A DNA stretch of 23,571 nt from Candidatus Micrarchaeia archaeon. Its GTDB lineage: Archaea > Micrarchaeota > Micrarchaeia > Norongarragalinales > UBA8480. The notes under the pieces are model-generated. The model was given only the letters and a program-made list of their open reading frames with translations. It did not search any database and was not told the origin of the DNA. The DNA is taken from contig JBAMLY010000013.1 in the NCBI GenBank assembly GCA_039794045.1, forward strand, positions 1 to 23,571. The letters are read 5' to 3'. The position numbers and the translations under genes are program-made. Positions 6,979-14,887 of this stretch are shown one piece after another; within the stretch, counting starts at the first letter, position 1, and every line of letters begins with the position of its first letter.

Positions 6979-8310
6979 ATGGCGAGTGAAGCAAGCGAAG
7001 AAATGTTGAGTCCGCCCCGCGGCACCCGCGACTTCCTGCCGGAAGAGAAGCTGTTGCGGGACGCGATTCGCGAAAGGCTAGAGCGAGTGTTTCAGGCGTA
7101 CGGCTTCAATCCCTTGGAAACCCCTGCAATTGAGCGCTTTGAAGTGCTTGCGAGCAAGTATGCTGGCGGCTCCGAAATCTTGAAAGAGACGTATTCTTTC
7201 GAGGACCAGGGAGGACGCAAGCTCGGCTTGCGCTACGACTTGACAGTGCCTTTGTGTCGTGTGGTTGCAGCTAATCCTTCGCTTGCCATGCCTTTCAAGC
7301 GCTACCAGATCGCGGCAGCGTGGCGTGACGGGCCAGTGAAGCTCGGCCGCTACCGCGAGTTGTTTCAGTGCGACGTGGACATTGTCGGCGCGAAGAGCGG
7401 CGTTGCGGATGCTGAAGTCGTGGCTGTTGCTTGCGCTGCCCTTCAAGAACTTGGGTTGGACTTCGTAATTAAGTTGAACAACCGCAAGTTGTTGGGCGGC
7501 GTGCTGGAGTGGGCTGGAGTGCCGCCGGAAAAACAGGGTGGCGCGATTCTTGCAATTGACAAGCTTGCCAAGATAGGGCGTGAGGGCGTCGAGAAAGAGT
7601 TGCTTGAAGAACGCGGCGTCGGAATTTCTTCCACCAAGAAAATAATTGAGTATTTGTCGCTCGCGGAAAACACTGGAGAAGACGAGTTCTTGGAAGAGCT
7701 GGCGAGAATGCTTAAAGCTTTTCCTCGCGGGAGCGATGGGCTCTCTGAGTTAATGGAGGTAATGGATTTCCTTGATGCTTTTGGCGTGCGCGGCAAAACA
7801 GTTTTTGATGGCTCGCTCGCTCGCGGCCTTTCTTATTACACGGGCACGGTTTTCGAGGGTTTCCTCAAGAACTCGCCGATTTCTAGTAGTGTTTGCGGTG
7901 GAGGAAGGTACGACGAGCTCGTTGGGGCTTTGGGGGGCAAGCCTTTGCCTGCCGTGGGCGTGTCTCTTGGCTTAGAGGTGTTGTTGGAGGCAGTGAAGCT
8001 CGGCCTAGTGAAAAACATTCCTTCAAGGAAAACCGTTGTACGCGTTTTCGTTGCGCCCATAAAAGCGTTAAACGAAGCTATTCTCGTAGCGCAAGCGTTT
8101 CGCGGCGCTGGAATTCCGGCTTCACTGGACTTGATGGAGCGCGGCATCAGCAAGAACTTGGAGTATGCTTCCAAGCAAGGCATTCCGTTTGTTGCAATCA
8201 TCGGCCCCCAGGAAGCCAAGCAAGGCAAGGTGAAGCTACGCGACATGGCGAGCGGCGAGGAAAAAATGCTTTCAATCGAAGAAGCGGTGGACGAGGTCGC
8301 TACGCGATAA
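6979..8310 (+). CDS. hisS: Histidine--tRNA ligase
   Basis: PRGTRDF, LRYDLTVP, WRDGPVKLGRYRELFQCDVD, LARGLSYYTG and GGGRYD motifs with a C-terminal anticodon-binding domain. GAGGT RBS at 6966-6970. Confidence 0.98.
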   Translation: MASEASEEMLSPPRGTRDFLPEEKLLRDAIRERLERVFQAYGFNPLETPAIERFEVLASKYAGGSEILKETYSFEDQGGRKLGLRYDLTVPLCRVVAANPSLAMPFKRYQIAAAWRDGPVKLGRYRELFQCDVDIVGAKSGVADAEVVAVACAALQELGLDFVIKLNNRKLLGGVLEWAGVPPEKQGGAILAIDKLAKIGREGVEKELLEERGVGISSTKKIIEYLSLAENTGEDEFLEELARMLKAFPRGSDGLSELMEVMDFLDAFGVRGKTVFDGSLARGLSYYTGTVFEGFLKNSPISSSVCGGGRYDELVGALGGKPLPAVGVSLGLEVLLEAVKLGLVKNIPSRKTVVRVFVAPIKALNEAILVAQAFRGAGIPASLDLMERGISKNLEYASKQGIPFVAIIGPQEAKQGKVKLRDMASGEEKMLSIEEAVDEVATR

Positions 8311-8353
8311 TAAATAGTGGGAAAGACACAATAGTATAAGGAGGTGCGCTTGA

Positions 8354-8535
8354 ATGGGTGAGTTGCTTCACGGAAAAGTTTTCGCGTTCGCCAGCGCAGC
8401 CTCGCACGTGCGCCTGCCGCCTCGACTCTAAGGCGCGCATTGTCCTGCCCCTGATTCTGCGCGAAAAGCTTTGCTTGGACAAAGGCAAAGTACGATAACT
8501 GGAAAAGAATTTCGAGGAACGAGTGGGAAAAATGA
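8354..8535 (+). pseudogene. AbrB/MazE/SpoVT-like small DNA-binding gene, probably frameshifted
   Basis: Strong RBS AAGGAGGTG (8338-8346) precedes ATG 8354, whose frame stops after 25 codons. The frame from GTG 8358 to TAA 8498 encodes RLDSKARIVLPLILREKLCLDKG, the AbrB-fold signature, and then stops early. Confidence 0.55.
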
Positions 8536-8557
8536 TAGAGATAGATGGAAATAGCTT

Positions 8558-8872
8558 TTGAACATAGAAAGTATAAATGCTGTTGCGTGGGGGAAGGAAG
8601 CGGTTTTTTCTCGCAGGAAACGATGCGGGCGGTTAAAGCGAATTGGGCTGCGCTGCAGGAAATGCTTGCTCGCTGGCGTGGTTACAAACATTTGCCCGCT
8701 TCTCACCGCCGCCGACGCTTACTATCGCGGCTACAACCTTGTCGCGGTCAGCGACTGTCTCGGCGCATACGAAGGCCACGAGCTCGCGTTAAAGTACATG
8801 CCGGAACAGTTTGCTGCCGCTGTTGCGGATTCGAGCGCGATAATGCGGACGTTGGAATTTGGGCGTGCTTAA
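8558..8872 (+). pseudogene. C-terminal fragment of an isochorismatase-like cysteine hydrolase
   Basis: LLAGVVTNICPLLTAADAYYRGYNLVAVSDC...HELAL contains the catalytic-Cys region. The N-terminal half (D and K of the triad) is not recognisable upstream. Confidence 0.75.
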
Positions 8873-8879
8873 GCGCGTT

Positions 8880-9194
8880 TCAAGATTCGAGGTTTTTCAG
8901 GCGGTTGACGAGTTCGGAGTAGACTTTCTTCTTTTTTTCTGGTGAGAGGTGAAAGAGGGTTTTTGAAATCATCGCCTTCGAAACAGTAAAGATATAGTTA
9001 AGTTTGATTACGCTGTCTTTGACTGCTCCTTCTTTGCGCGTCAGTGGAATTCCCTTCATTTCAAGGTTGCTGGTTACTCCGGCCACGACTACGTTGTCGA
9101 ATTCCTCGAATAGCACGACGGCGGGCCTTGTTTTAACTTCGAAGGTGTCGGTGAACTGTACTTTGGCAAGCACCACGTCGCCGGGTCTAAGCAT
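8880..9194 (-). CDS. mazF: PemK/MazF-family toxin (endoribonuclease)
   Basis: PGDVVLAKVQFTD...KTRPAVVL...VVVAGVTS...DSVIKLNYIFTV; 104 aa, overlapping the upstream small gene by 8 nt. Confidence 0.92.
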   Translation of the reverse strand: MLRPGDVVLAKVQFTDTFEVKTRPAVVLFEEFDNVVVAGVTSNLEMKGIPLTRKEGAVKDSVIKLNYIFTVSKAMISKTLFHLSPEKKKKVYSELVNRLKNLES

Positions 9195-9414
9195 TTTCCC
9201 ACGCCTCGTCTTCCTTGTTGTTCCACAGTTCCTTCATTTTGTGTTGCTGGACCTTGTGAAGAAACTCATCGTACTGGTTCGCTTGCTTTACGCTCTTAAA
9301 AACCTCCAGCATGCGTGCAATCAGTTCGTTGTAAGTTTGACGAGGGTATTCCTTCGCCTTTTTCAAGGACTCTACCAACGAGCGTTCCAGCTGCACGGTC
9401 GTAGTTTCGCCCAC
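9187..9414 (-). CDS. Putative antitoxin: RHH-like N-terminus and acidic Trp-containing C-terminus
   Basis: TTTVQLERSLVESLKKAK...TYNELIARM followed by MKELWNNKEDEAWENA; translationally coupled to the toxin. GTG 9414 follows a GGTGG RBS; an alternative start is 9423. Confidence 0.85.
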   Translation of the reverse strand: MGETTTVQLERSLVESLKKAKEYPRQTYNELIARMLEVFKSVKQANQYDEFLHKVQQHKMKELWNNKEDEAWENA

Positions 9415-9453
9415 TATAACCACCTATAGTGAAATATAGTTTGTTATATAAAT
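9412..9453 (-). promoter_or_regulatory. TA-operon promoter with candidate operator
   Basis: Minus-strand TTTATATA box at ~9445-9452 and inverted repeat CACTATA-ACCACC-TATAGTG at 9412-9431. Confidence 0.6.
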
Positions 9454-9566
9454 AGGTTTGGTTGCTTGTTTTGCGGCGTTTCAGTTCAATCAAATGTTCT
9501 GCGAACTGTTTTAATCTTTATTCGCGTTAATTGTTGATGCAGTTTTGATTTCTAGCGGCGATAGTC

Positions 9567-12500
9567 TTGAAGAAAGTCGTGAAGTATTCGCAGAAGGAAA
9601 TTGAGGCAGTGGTTGCCGAGTACTGGAAGGAAAAGAGGGTGCCCGAGCGGCTGCCTGAAATGCGCAAGGGCGCGAAAAAGTTTTATTTGCTTGACGGCCC
9701 GCCCTACGTCAACAACGAGATGCACGTCGGAAATTTGAAGACTACTGTGTGCAAGGATGTGTGGTCGAAGTTCAAGTACATGCAGGGCTACGATGTTTTC
9801 CTGCAGCCGGGGTTCGACTGCCATGGGTTGCCCGTCGAAGTCATCGTCGAGAAGGAGCTCGGCATCACGAGCAAGAGCGACATTGAGAGGATGGGCGTCG
9901 AGAAGTTTGATGCGGCGTGCCTCGAGAAAGTGTTGAACAACGAGAAAAAGTTTTTCGAGTTGTATCGCGCGGTTGGCGCGTGGCGCGGCTGGTTCGACGG
10001 CTACTTTACTTACAAGGACTACTTTATTGAGAGCGCGTGGTGGACTGCAAAGCAGTTGCACGAGCGTGGGTTGCTGGTGGAAGGCGAGAAGCCGGTGCAC
10101 TGGTGTCCTCACTGCGAGACCGCGCTTTCAGGTTATGAAGTCAGTGATTCTTACAAGGATTTGAGTGCGCCGTCGGTTTACTTGAAGTTTAAAGTCAAGG
10201 GCGCGGAAAACGAGTTCTTGCTTGTTTGGACTACTACGCCGTGGACTCTGCCGGCAAACGTGGCTGTCGCGGTTCACCCTGACGAGTACTATGTGCGCGC
10301 TATGGTGGGAAGCGATGTTTTGGTTGTCGCTGAAAAACGCGTTGCCGCCGCGTTAGGGGAAGAAGTTGGGGTTGGCTACAAGGTAGTGGGGCGGTTGAAG
10401 GGAAGCGAGTTGGAGGGCTTGGAGTACGAGCCATTGCTTGACGTGCCCCAGCAACGCGAGTTGGGTGCTGGTGCTCGGCGCGTAGTGCTAAGCATTCCCA
10501 TCATGACTAACAAGAAGTACAAGAAGCACGTCATGAGGGCGGAAACTGCGCGGCCGGGGGGAGCGAGCGGCGAAAAGCAGGATTTGGTAGAGGCAGAGGA
10601 ATTCGAGGAATTTGTTGCCATGGATGCTGGAAGCGGCCTTGTTCACGTCGCGCCAGGCCACGGGCAAACAGATTATTTTTTGGGCAAGCACTACGGGCTT
10701 CCCTGTGTTTCGCCGGTGGACGAGCACGGCAGGTTTACGGAGAAGGCTGGAGAGTTTGCTGGCTGGATGGTAGAGGAAGCAAACGAAGCGATTTTGAGGC
10801 GCTTGGAGGGCGAGGGAAAGCTTTTGCATGCGGCGAAGTTCACGCACCGCGCAGCGGTTTGCTGGCGTTGTAAGACGCCGTTGATTTTTAGGTTGAGCCA
10901 CCAGTGGTACTTGAAGGTTGACCCGTTAAAGGAAGCGATTTTGTCGGCTAACGAGTCTATTGCGTGGTTGCCCGAGTTTGGTCGCGTGAAGTTCCAGAAC
11001 TGGATTGCCGACCGCGAGGACTGGTGCTTGTCCCAGCAGCGTTACTGGGGTATTCCTATGCCTATTTGGGTGTGCAGCAAGTGCGGCGCAAAGCGCGTGG
11101 TTGGAAGCCGGAAGGAGCTCGCCGAGAACGCATTACGGGAAATTGATGTTTCGAGAATGAATGACTTGCACAGGCACGTGGTGGACGGAGTGGAATTGAA
11201 GTGTGGCGTTTGTGGTTCCGTTATGCGTCGCGTGAAAGACATTTTCACTGTGTGGTTTGATAGTGGAGTGACGCCGTGGGCTTCGCTGGGTTACCCGTAT
11301 TCTAACAAGGAGTTGTTCGAGGAAATGTTTCCGGTTTCTCTCGTGTGCGAGTCGCAGGACCAAGTGCGGGGCTGGTTTGACTCCTTGATGTTGTGCTCGA
11401 TGGGCGTCTTTGAAAAGCCGGCTTACAAAAGCGTTGCTTTGATGGGCTGGGTGTTGGACGACAAGGGAGAAAAAATGAGCAAGAGTCTCGGCAACTTTAT
11501 TTACGGCAAGGACGCGGTAGCCGAGCTTGGCGCGGACGTTGTGCGCTTGTATTACTGTAGTGGCATAGCGCCTTGGGAAGTCCAGAATTTTTCGTTGAAG
11601 ACTGCCAAGGAGTTGTGGCGTGACTTGTCAATCTTGTACAACGTTCTTTCATTCTACGAAATGTATTTCGATGCTGGCTTGCCGCGAGTCGAGTTAGGCA
11701 AGGCTGCTTTGCGCGTGGAAGACAAGTGGTTGATTTCGCGCCTTAACACGGTGGCGGCAAGAGTTGCAGCGCACTTGGAAGAGTTTGAGTTTCACTTGGC
11801 TGGCAGGGCGCTCTTGGACTTCGTAGTGGATGACTTGTCGCGTTGGTACGTAAAGCTTGTTAGGGATAGGGTGGCGGTAGGCGTTCCTGAAGGGGAGAGA
11901 GCGGTTGCGTTGGCGGTCCTTCGCCGTGCTTTGATTGATTCGGCGAAGCTTTTTGCTCCGATTACTCCTTTCCTAGCAGAATACGTTTTCCAGCGCTTGA
12001 AGAGCGAGGGCGATGCGGAAAGCGTGCACTACGAGAAGTATCCTTCTTTGAACGAGTTAGAGCAGGACCTCGCGCTGGAAGAGCAAATGTTTTTGGCAAT
12101 GCAAGTGACTGAAGCAGTTAATAGCGCGCGGCAAGAGGCGGGAATCAAGTTGCGTTGGCCGGTTCGGGAAGTGGTTGTTGCCGGCGACAACCGCGTTCGC
12201 GTGGCAGTAGAGAGGTTGAATGGCGTGCTGCGTGTTTTAAACAATGCTTTGAGCGTGCGCGCCGTGCGCGAGTTGCCTGCCGGCTTGGTTGCGAGACAGG
12301 GGCGGGGTTTCGCGGTGGGAATAGCGCGAGAGTTGGACGAGGAGTTGTTGAACGCCGCGCTTTTGCGCGAATTGTCGCGCGCTGTGCAGGACGCGCGCAA
12401 GAAGGCGGGCTTGAGCGTGCGCGATTTTATTGCTTTAAAGGTTTTTGCTGGCGGCAGCGTGCTTGGCTTCTTGAAGGGAGTGAGCAGCGAGTTTGCGCGG

Positions 12501-12614
12501 GAAGTGGGCGCGCGCGAAATTGTTTTCGTGGGCGCTGAGGGCGAGCTTGGCGCGAACAGGGTGGAAGCAGGAGTGGCTGGCAAGAGAGTGCTAGCGTCTT
12601 TTGAGAGAGTCTAG
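9567..12614 (+). CDS. ileS: Isoleucine--tRNA ligase (archaeal/eukaryote-like type)
   Basis: DGPPYVNNEMHVGN (HIGH variant), GFDCHGLPVE, WTTTPWTLPAN, GSGLVHVAPGHG, DWCLSQQRYWGIP, ESQDQVRGWF, KMSKS and LSRWYVKLVRDR. Confidence 0.97.
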   Translation: MKKVVKYSQKEIEAVVAEYWKEKRVPERLPEMRKGAKKFYLLDGPPYVNNEMHVGNLKTTVCKDVWSKFKYMQGYDVFLQPGFDCHGLPVEVIVEKELGITSKSDIERMGVEKFDAACLEKVLNNEKKFFELYRAVGAWRGWFDGYFTYKDYFIESAWWTAKQLHERGLLVEGEKPVHWCPHCETALSGYEVSDSYKDLSAPSVYLKFKVKGAENEFLLVWTTTPWTLPANVAVAVHPDEYYVRAMVGSDVLVVAEKRVAAALGEEVGVGYKVVGRLKGSELEGLEYEPLLDVPQQRELGAGARRVVLSIPIMTNKKYKKHVMRAETARPGGASGEKQDLVEAEEFEEFVAMDAGSGLVHVAPGHGQTDYFLGKHYGLPCVSPVDEHGRFTEKAGEFAGWMVEEANEAILRRLEGEGKLLHAAKFTHRAAVCWRCKTPLIFRLSHQWYLKVDPLKEAILSANESIAWLPEFGRVKFQNWIADREDWCLSQQRYWGIPMPIWVCSKCGAKRVVGSRKELAENALREIDVSRMNDLHRHVVDGVELKCGVCGSVMRRVKDIFTVWFDSGVTPWASLGYPYSNKELFEEMFPVSLVCESQDQVRGWFDSLMLCSMGVFEKPAYKSVALMGWVLDDKGEKMSKSLGNFIYGKDAVAELGADVVRLYYCSGIAPWEVQNFSLKTAKELWRDLSILYNVLSFYEMYFDAGLPRVELGKAALRVEDKWLISRLNTVAARVAAHLEEFEFHLAGRALLDFVVDDLSRWYVKLVRDRVAVGVPEGERAVALAVLRRALIDSAKLFAPITPFLAEYVFQRLKSEGDAESVHYEKYPSLNELEQDLALEEQMFLAMQVTEAVNSARQEAGIKLRWPVREVVVAGDNRVRVAVERLNGVLRVLNNALSVRAVRELPAGLVARQGRGFAVGIARELDEELLNAALLRELSRAVQDARKKAGLSVRDFIALKVFAGGSVLGFLKGVSSEFAREVGAREIVFVGAEGELGANRVEAGVAGKRVLASFERV

Positions 12615-12878
12615 TTCGCTTAGTTGGTCGCGCCTGTAGGCTGGCTTGCTCAGTATTATTTTTTTGAGGAGTGGGTCGGTTACTGGGTGAAAGAAGTGCA
12701 GTTTTTCTAGTATTGCGCGCGCGTACTCGGAAGAGTGTTTTGGGGGGCTGACTTTTTCTCCAATCAATTCTTTTTCTTCGAAGATGCGTGAGGGCACTCT
12801 AACTAAGTAGGTCTTGCCTTCGTGTTGGACTTCCACGATGTTCGGGTTTTTTTCTATCGCGTGCAATTGCTTCTCCAT
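12591..12878 (-). CDS. Hypothetical protein (~95 aa)
   Basis: Likely start ATG 12878 (MEKQLHAIEKNP), with a TTTAAA box ~30-35 nt upstream. Its 3' end overlaps ileS by 24 nt. Confidence 0.55.
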   Translation of the reverse strand: MEKQLHAIEKNPNIVEVQHEGKTYLVRVPSRIFEEKELIGEKVSPPKHSSEYARAILEKLHFFHPVTDPLLKKIILSKPAYRRDQLSELDSLKRR

Positions 12879-12970
12879 TCTCTCACTTTCAATAAGTTTG
12901 GTTTTCGTTTTTAAAGTTTTTGTGCGGCAAGTGTTTATTTTAAATTGTAGTTGATGCATACTCTTTTTTC

Positions 12971-14683
12971 GTGGTGGTTTCATTGGAAAGGAAGGGGATT
13001 GCGAAGAAGGCTTTAAAGGCAATAACTGCTTTGACTGCTACTACTATTATTGGGGCTGCTTTTGCGCCGCACGTTAAAGCGCAAGAAATTGTTCCGCAAG
13101 AGCACCAAATTCGTCTTTCGCCTCGAGAGGCGGGGTTGAGGTTGCGCGAGCCATCTGAAATAACGGCGGAAAAACAAAAGCTTGAGGCGGAGGCCTTGGC
13201 TGGGCCGAAGTCTCTGGGCTTGAATGGCTTGTTGATATTGAAGACTGGCGGAGGAGAATACCATCCTGTGGTATGGCTTGGGAAAAGCTTTTACTTGGTT
13301 ACTGGCGCTGGCAAGGACATGGCGTTGCAGAAAATAACTGCTGGACAGGTTTCTGCGGGTGTGAGCGGCAAGGCAGGCGTGCCTTGGCTGAGGTACGGAT
13401 TGCAAGCTACTGGGCAATATGGTTCCAAGGCTGGCGGCGAGGTTCGCGGCAACATCGTTTTGTCTGCGGGAAAGCTTGACTTGAGCGCCTTGCTCAGCAC
13501 TCAAGGAATGCAGGGAACTATTGACTGGCGTTTGGGGCCGAAGCAGAGGCTTTCAACTGTTTTCAGCAACCGCAACGCAGCCCTGCAATTCTCTCAACTT
13601 ATTGAGGCGTTGAAGACTAGGTTGGAGGCAGGCGTTGCGCGCGACTGGGAGGAAAAGTACCCGCGCGGCACTGCGCAGTTGCGCGCAATCTTCGATGATT
13701 GGTTCTATGTTCACGGCGGAATAGACTTTATGGGCGGGACTGGCTCCCACGGCGCTGGCACTTACGTTGGTGCGGGTGTGACCCTACCTCTTGACTTGAA
13801 GAAGCCAAGGCAAGAGCAAAAACCAGTGCAAAAACCAGTCGAGCCTTTCAAGCAAGCGCCTGTTGCGCGGCCTCCTATCGTTCAACCAATTGCCCCGACC
13901 GCCACGCCAGCGCAAGAAGCAGTGCGGGAAGCCTTGAAGTTTCCTGAACTGCTTGGCTACGAGCTTGGCTTGAAGCCGGGGCTTGTATTGCGCCAGCCGC
14001 AAGTGCCTGGGTTGAGCGAAGCAAGCCTGCCTTTAACGAAGCGCGAGGCACTGGAAAAACAGTTGAGTGAAGCGACTGGCAAGCTTGCCTTCGCGGAAAA
14101 AAGAGAGAAAAAAGACTTGCAGAATAAGATTGATTCGATTAAGAAAGAACTTCAAGCGATTCAAAAGAAGGAACAAAAACAAAAACTAGAACGAGAGCCT
14201 GCCGCGGCTCCCGAAACGCGAGAGGAGGAGAAGAAGGCGCCGCAAGGGAAAAGAATGGAGTCGGCGCAACCGCAACAAATTTCACAGAAAGAATACGAGG
14301 ATTTGCTGGAGAAAATGCAGAGAGAAAAGGTTGTCATGCCGCCAAAGAAAGAGGCGAAGAAGCCTGAAGTGAAAATTGCTGAAAGGAAAGAAGAAAAGCC
14401 GAAGTGGATGCCGCCGCACGTCAAGCGAGTAGTAAGCATTGCGACCATGGAGAAAATAATAAGAGAGCGCCTCGGCCTAAACATCAGTGAAGAGTTAAGT
14501 GGTGGGCAGTACACTATAAAGATAGAGGACCCGGCGCTCGCCGTGAAGGTAGTGAGCAGCGGCGATTCCTCGCAAAGACGAGAAATACGTGATAAGGTGA
14601 TAAGAAAGTTCTACGAAATTCACTTGAAGACGCGCTTAGAGAATAACGCTCCATTATTCCCAGAAGAACTTGAAAAACAATGA
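12971..14683 (+). CDS. Hypothetical exported protein: signal peptide, beta-strand-rich domain, Pro/Gln linker, charged coiled-coil C-terminus
   Basis: KKALKAITALTATTIIGAAFAPHVKA|QE signal-like segment, amphipathic Gly/aromatic strands to ~13790, and an E/K/Q-rich tail. The start could be TTG 12983. Confidence 0.85.
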   Translation: MVVSLERKGIAKKALKAITALTATTIIGAAFAPHVKAQEIVPQEHQIRLSPREAGLRLREPSEITAEKQKLEAEALAGPKSLGLNGLLILKTGGGEYHPVVWLGKSFYLVTGAGKDMALQKITAGQVSAGVSGKAGVPWLRYGLQATGQYGSKAGGEVRGNIVLSAGKLDLSALLSTQGMQGTIDWRLGPKQRLSTVFSNRNAALQFSQLIEALKTRLEAGVARDWEEKYPRGTAQLRAIFDDWFYVHGGIDFMGGTGSHGAGTYVGAGVTLPLDLKKPRQEQKPVQKPVEPFKQAPVARPPIVQPIAPTATPAQEAVREALKFPELLGYELGLKPGLVLRQPQVPGLSEASLPLTKREALEKQLSEATGKLAFAEKREKKDLQNKIDSIKKELQAIQKKEQKQKLEREPAAAPETREEEKKAPQGKRMESAQPQQISQKEYEDLLEKMQREKVVMPPKKEAKKPEVKIAERKEEKPKWMPPHVKRVVSIATMEKIIRERLGLNISEELSGGQYTIKIEDPALAVKVVSSGDSSQRREIRDKVIRKFYEIHLKTRLENNAPLFPEELEKQ

Positions 14684-14684
14684 A

Positions 14685-14725
14685 CTTTTCTTTTTTCTAC
14701 TTTTTCAGTTTTCTTTTTTTCTTCT
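14685..14725 (+). terminator. T-rich archaeal terminator
   Basis: Multiple T4-T7 runs directly after the stop at 14683. Confidence 0.6.
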
Positions 14726-14790
14726 AACTCGCTTTCTAGGTTTCTAGGAAGCCCGCTCCCTTCAAAAGAAACTACTTTTCAGTGATGACA

Positions 14791-14859
14791 ATATTTAAAT
14801 ATGTGTTTTTGCAGTAAAAATAGGTCGCTTGCTGGGGGAAAAGCTTGTTTGCAAGCGAC
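14791..14859 (+). promoter_or_regulatory. Promoter and 5'-leader hairpin of the giant surface-protein gene
   Basis: Perfect palindrome ATATTTAAATAT (14791-14802) containing TTTAAATA, and 9-bp inverted repeat GTCGCTTGC/GCAAGCGAC (14824-14832/14851-14859). Confidence 0.5.
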
Positions 14860-14887
14860 TAAATCGTTTAGGGGTATGGGTTGCCTT

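Noticed and set aside
9412..9453. Possible Xer/dif site given the skew switch
   Set aside because: The arms and spacer do not match the TATAA-6 nt-TTATA layout; a TA promoter/operator explains it better.
9700..9735. Non-canonical HIGH motif (HVGN) as a mupirocin hyper-resistance signature
   Set aside because: It keeps the H-x-G order; fourth-position variation is ordinary.
14782..14788. GTGATGA box C-like motif suggesting a second C/D sRNA
   Set aside because: There are no appropriately spaced CTGA boxes downstream.
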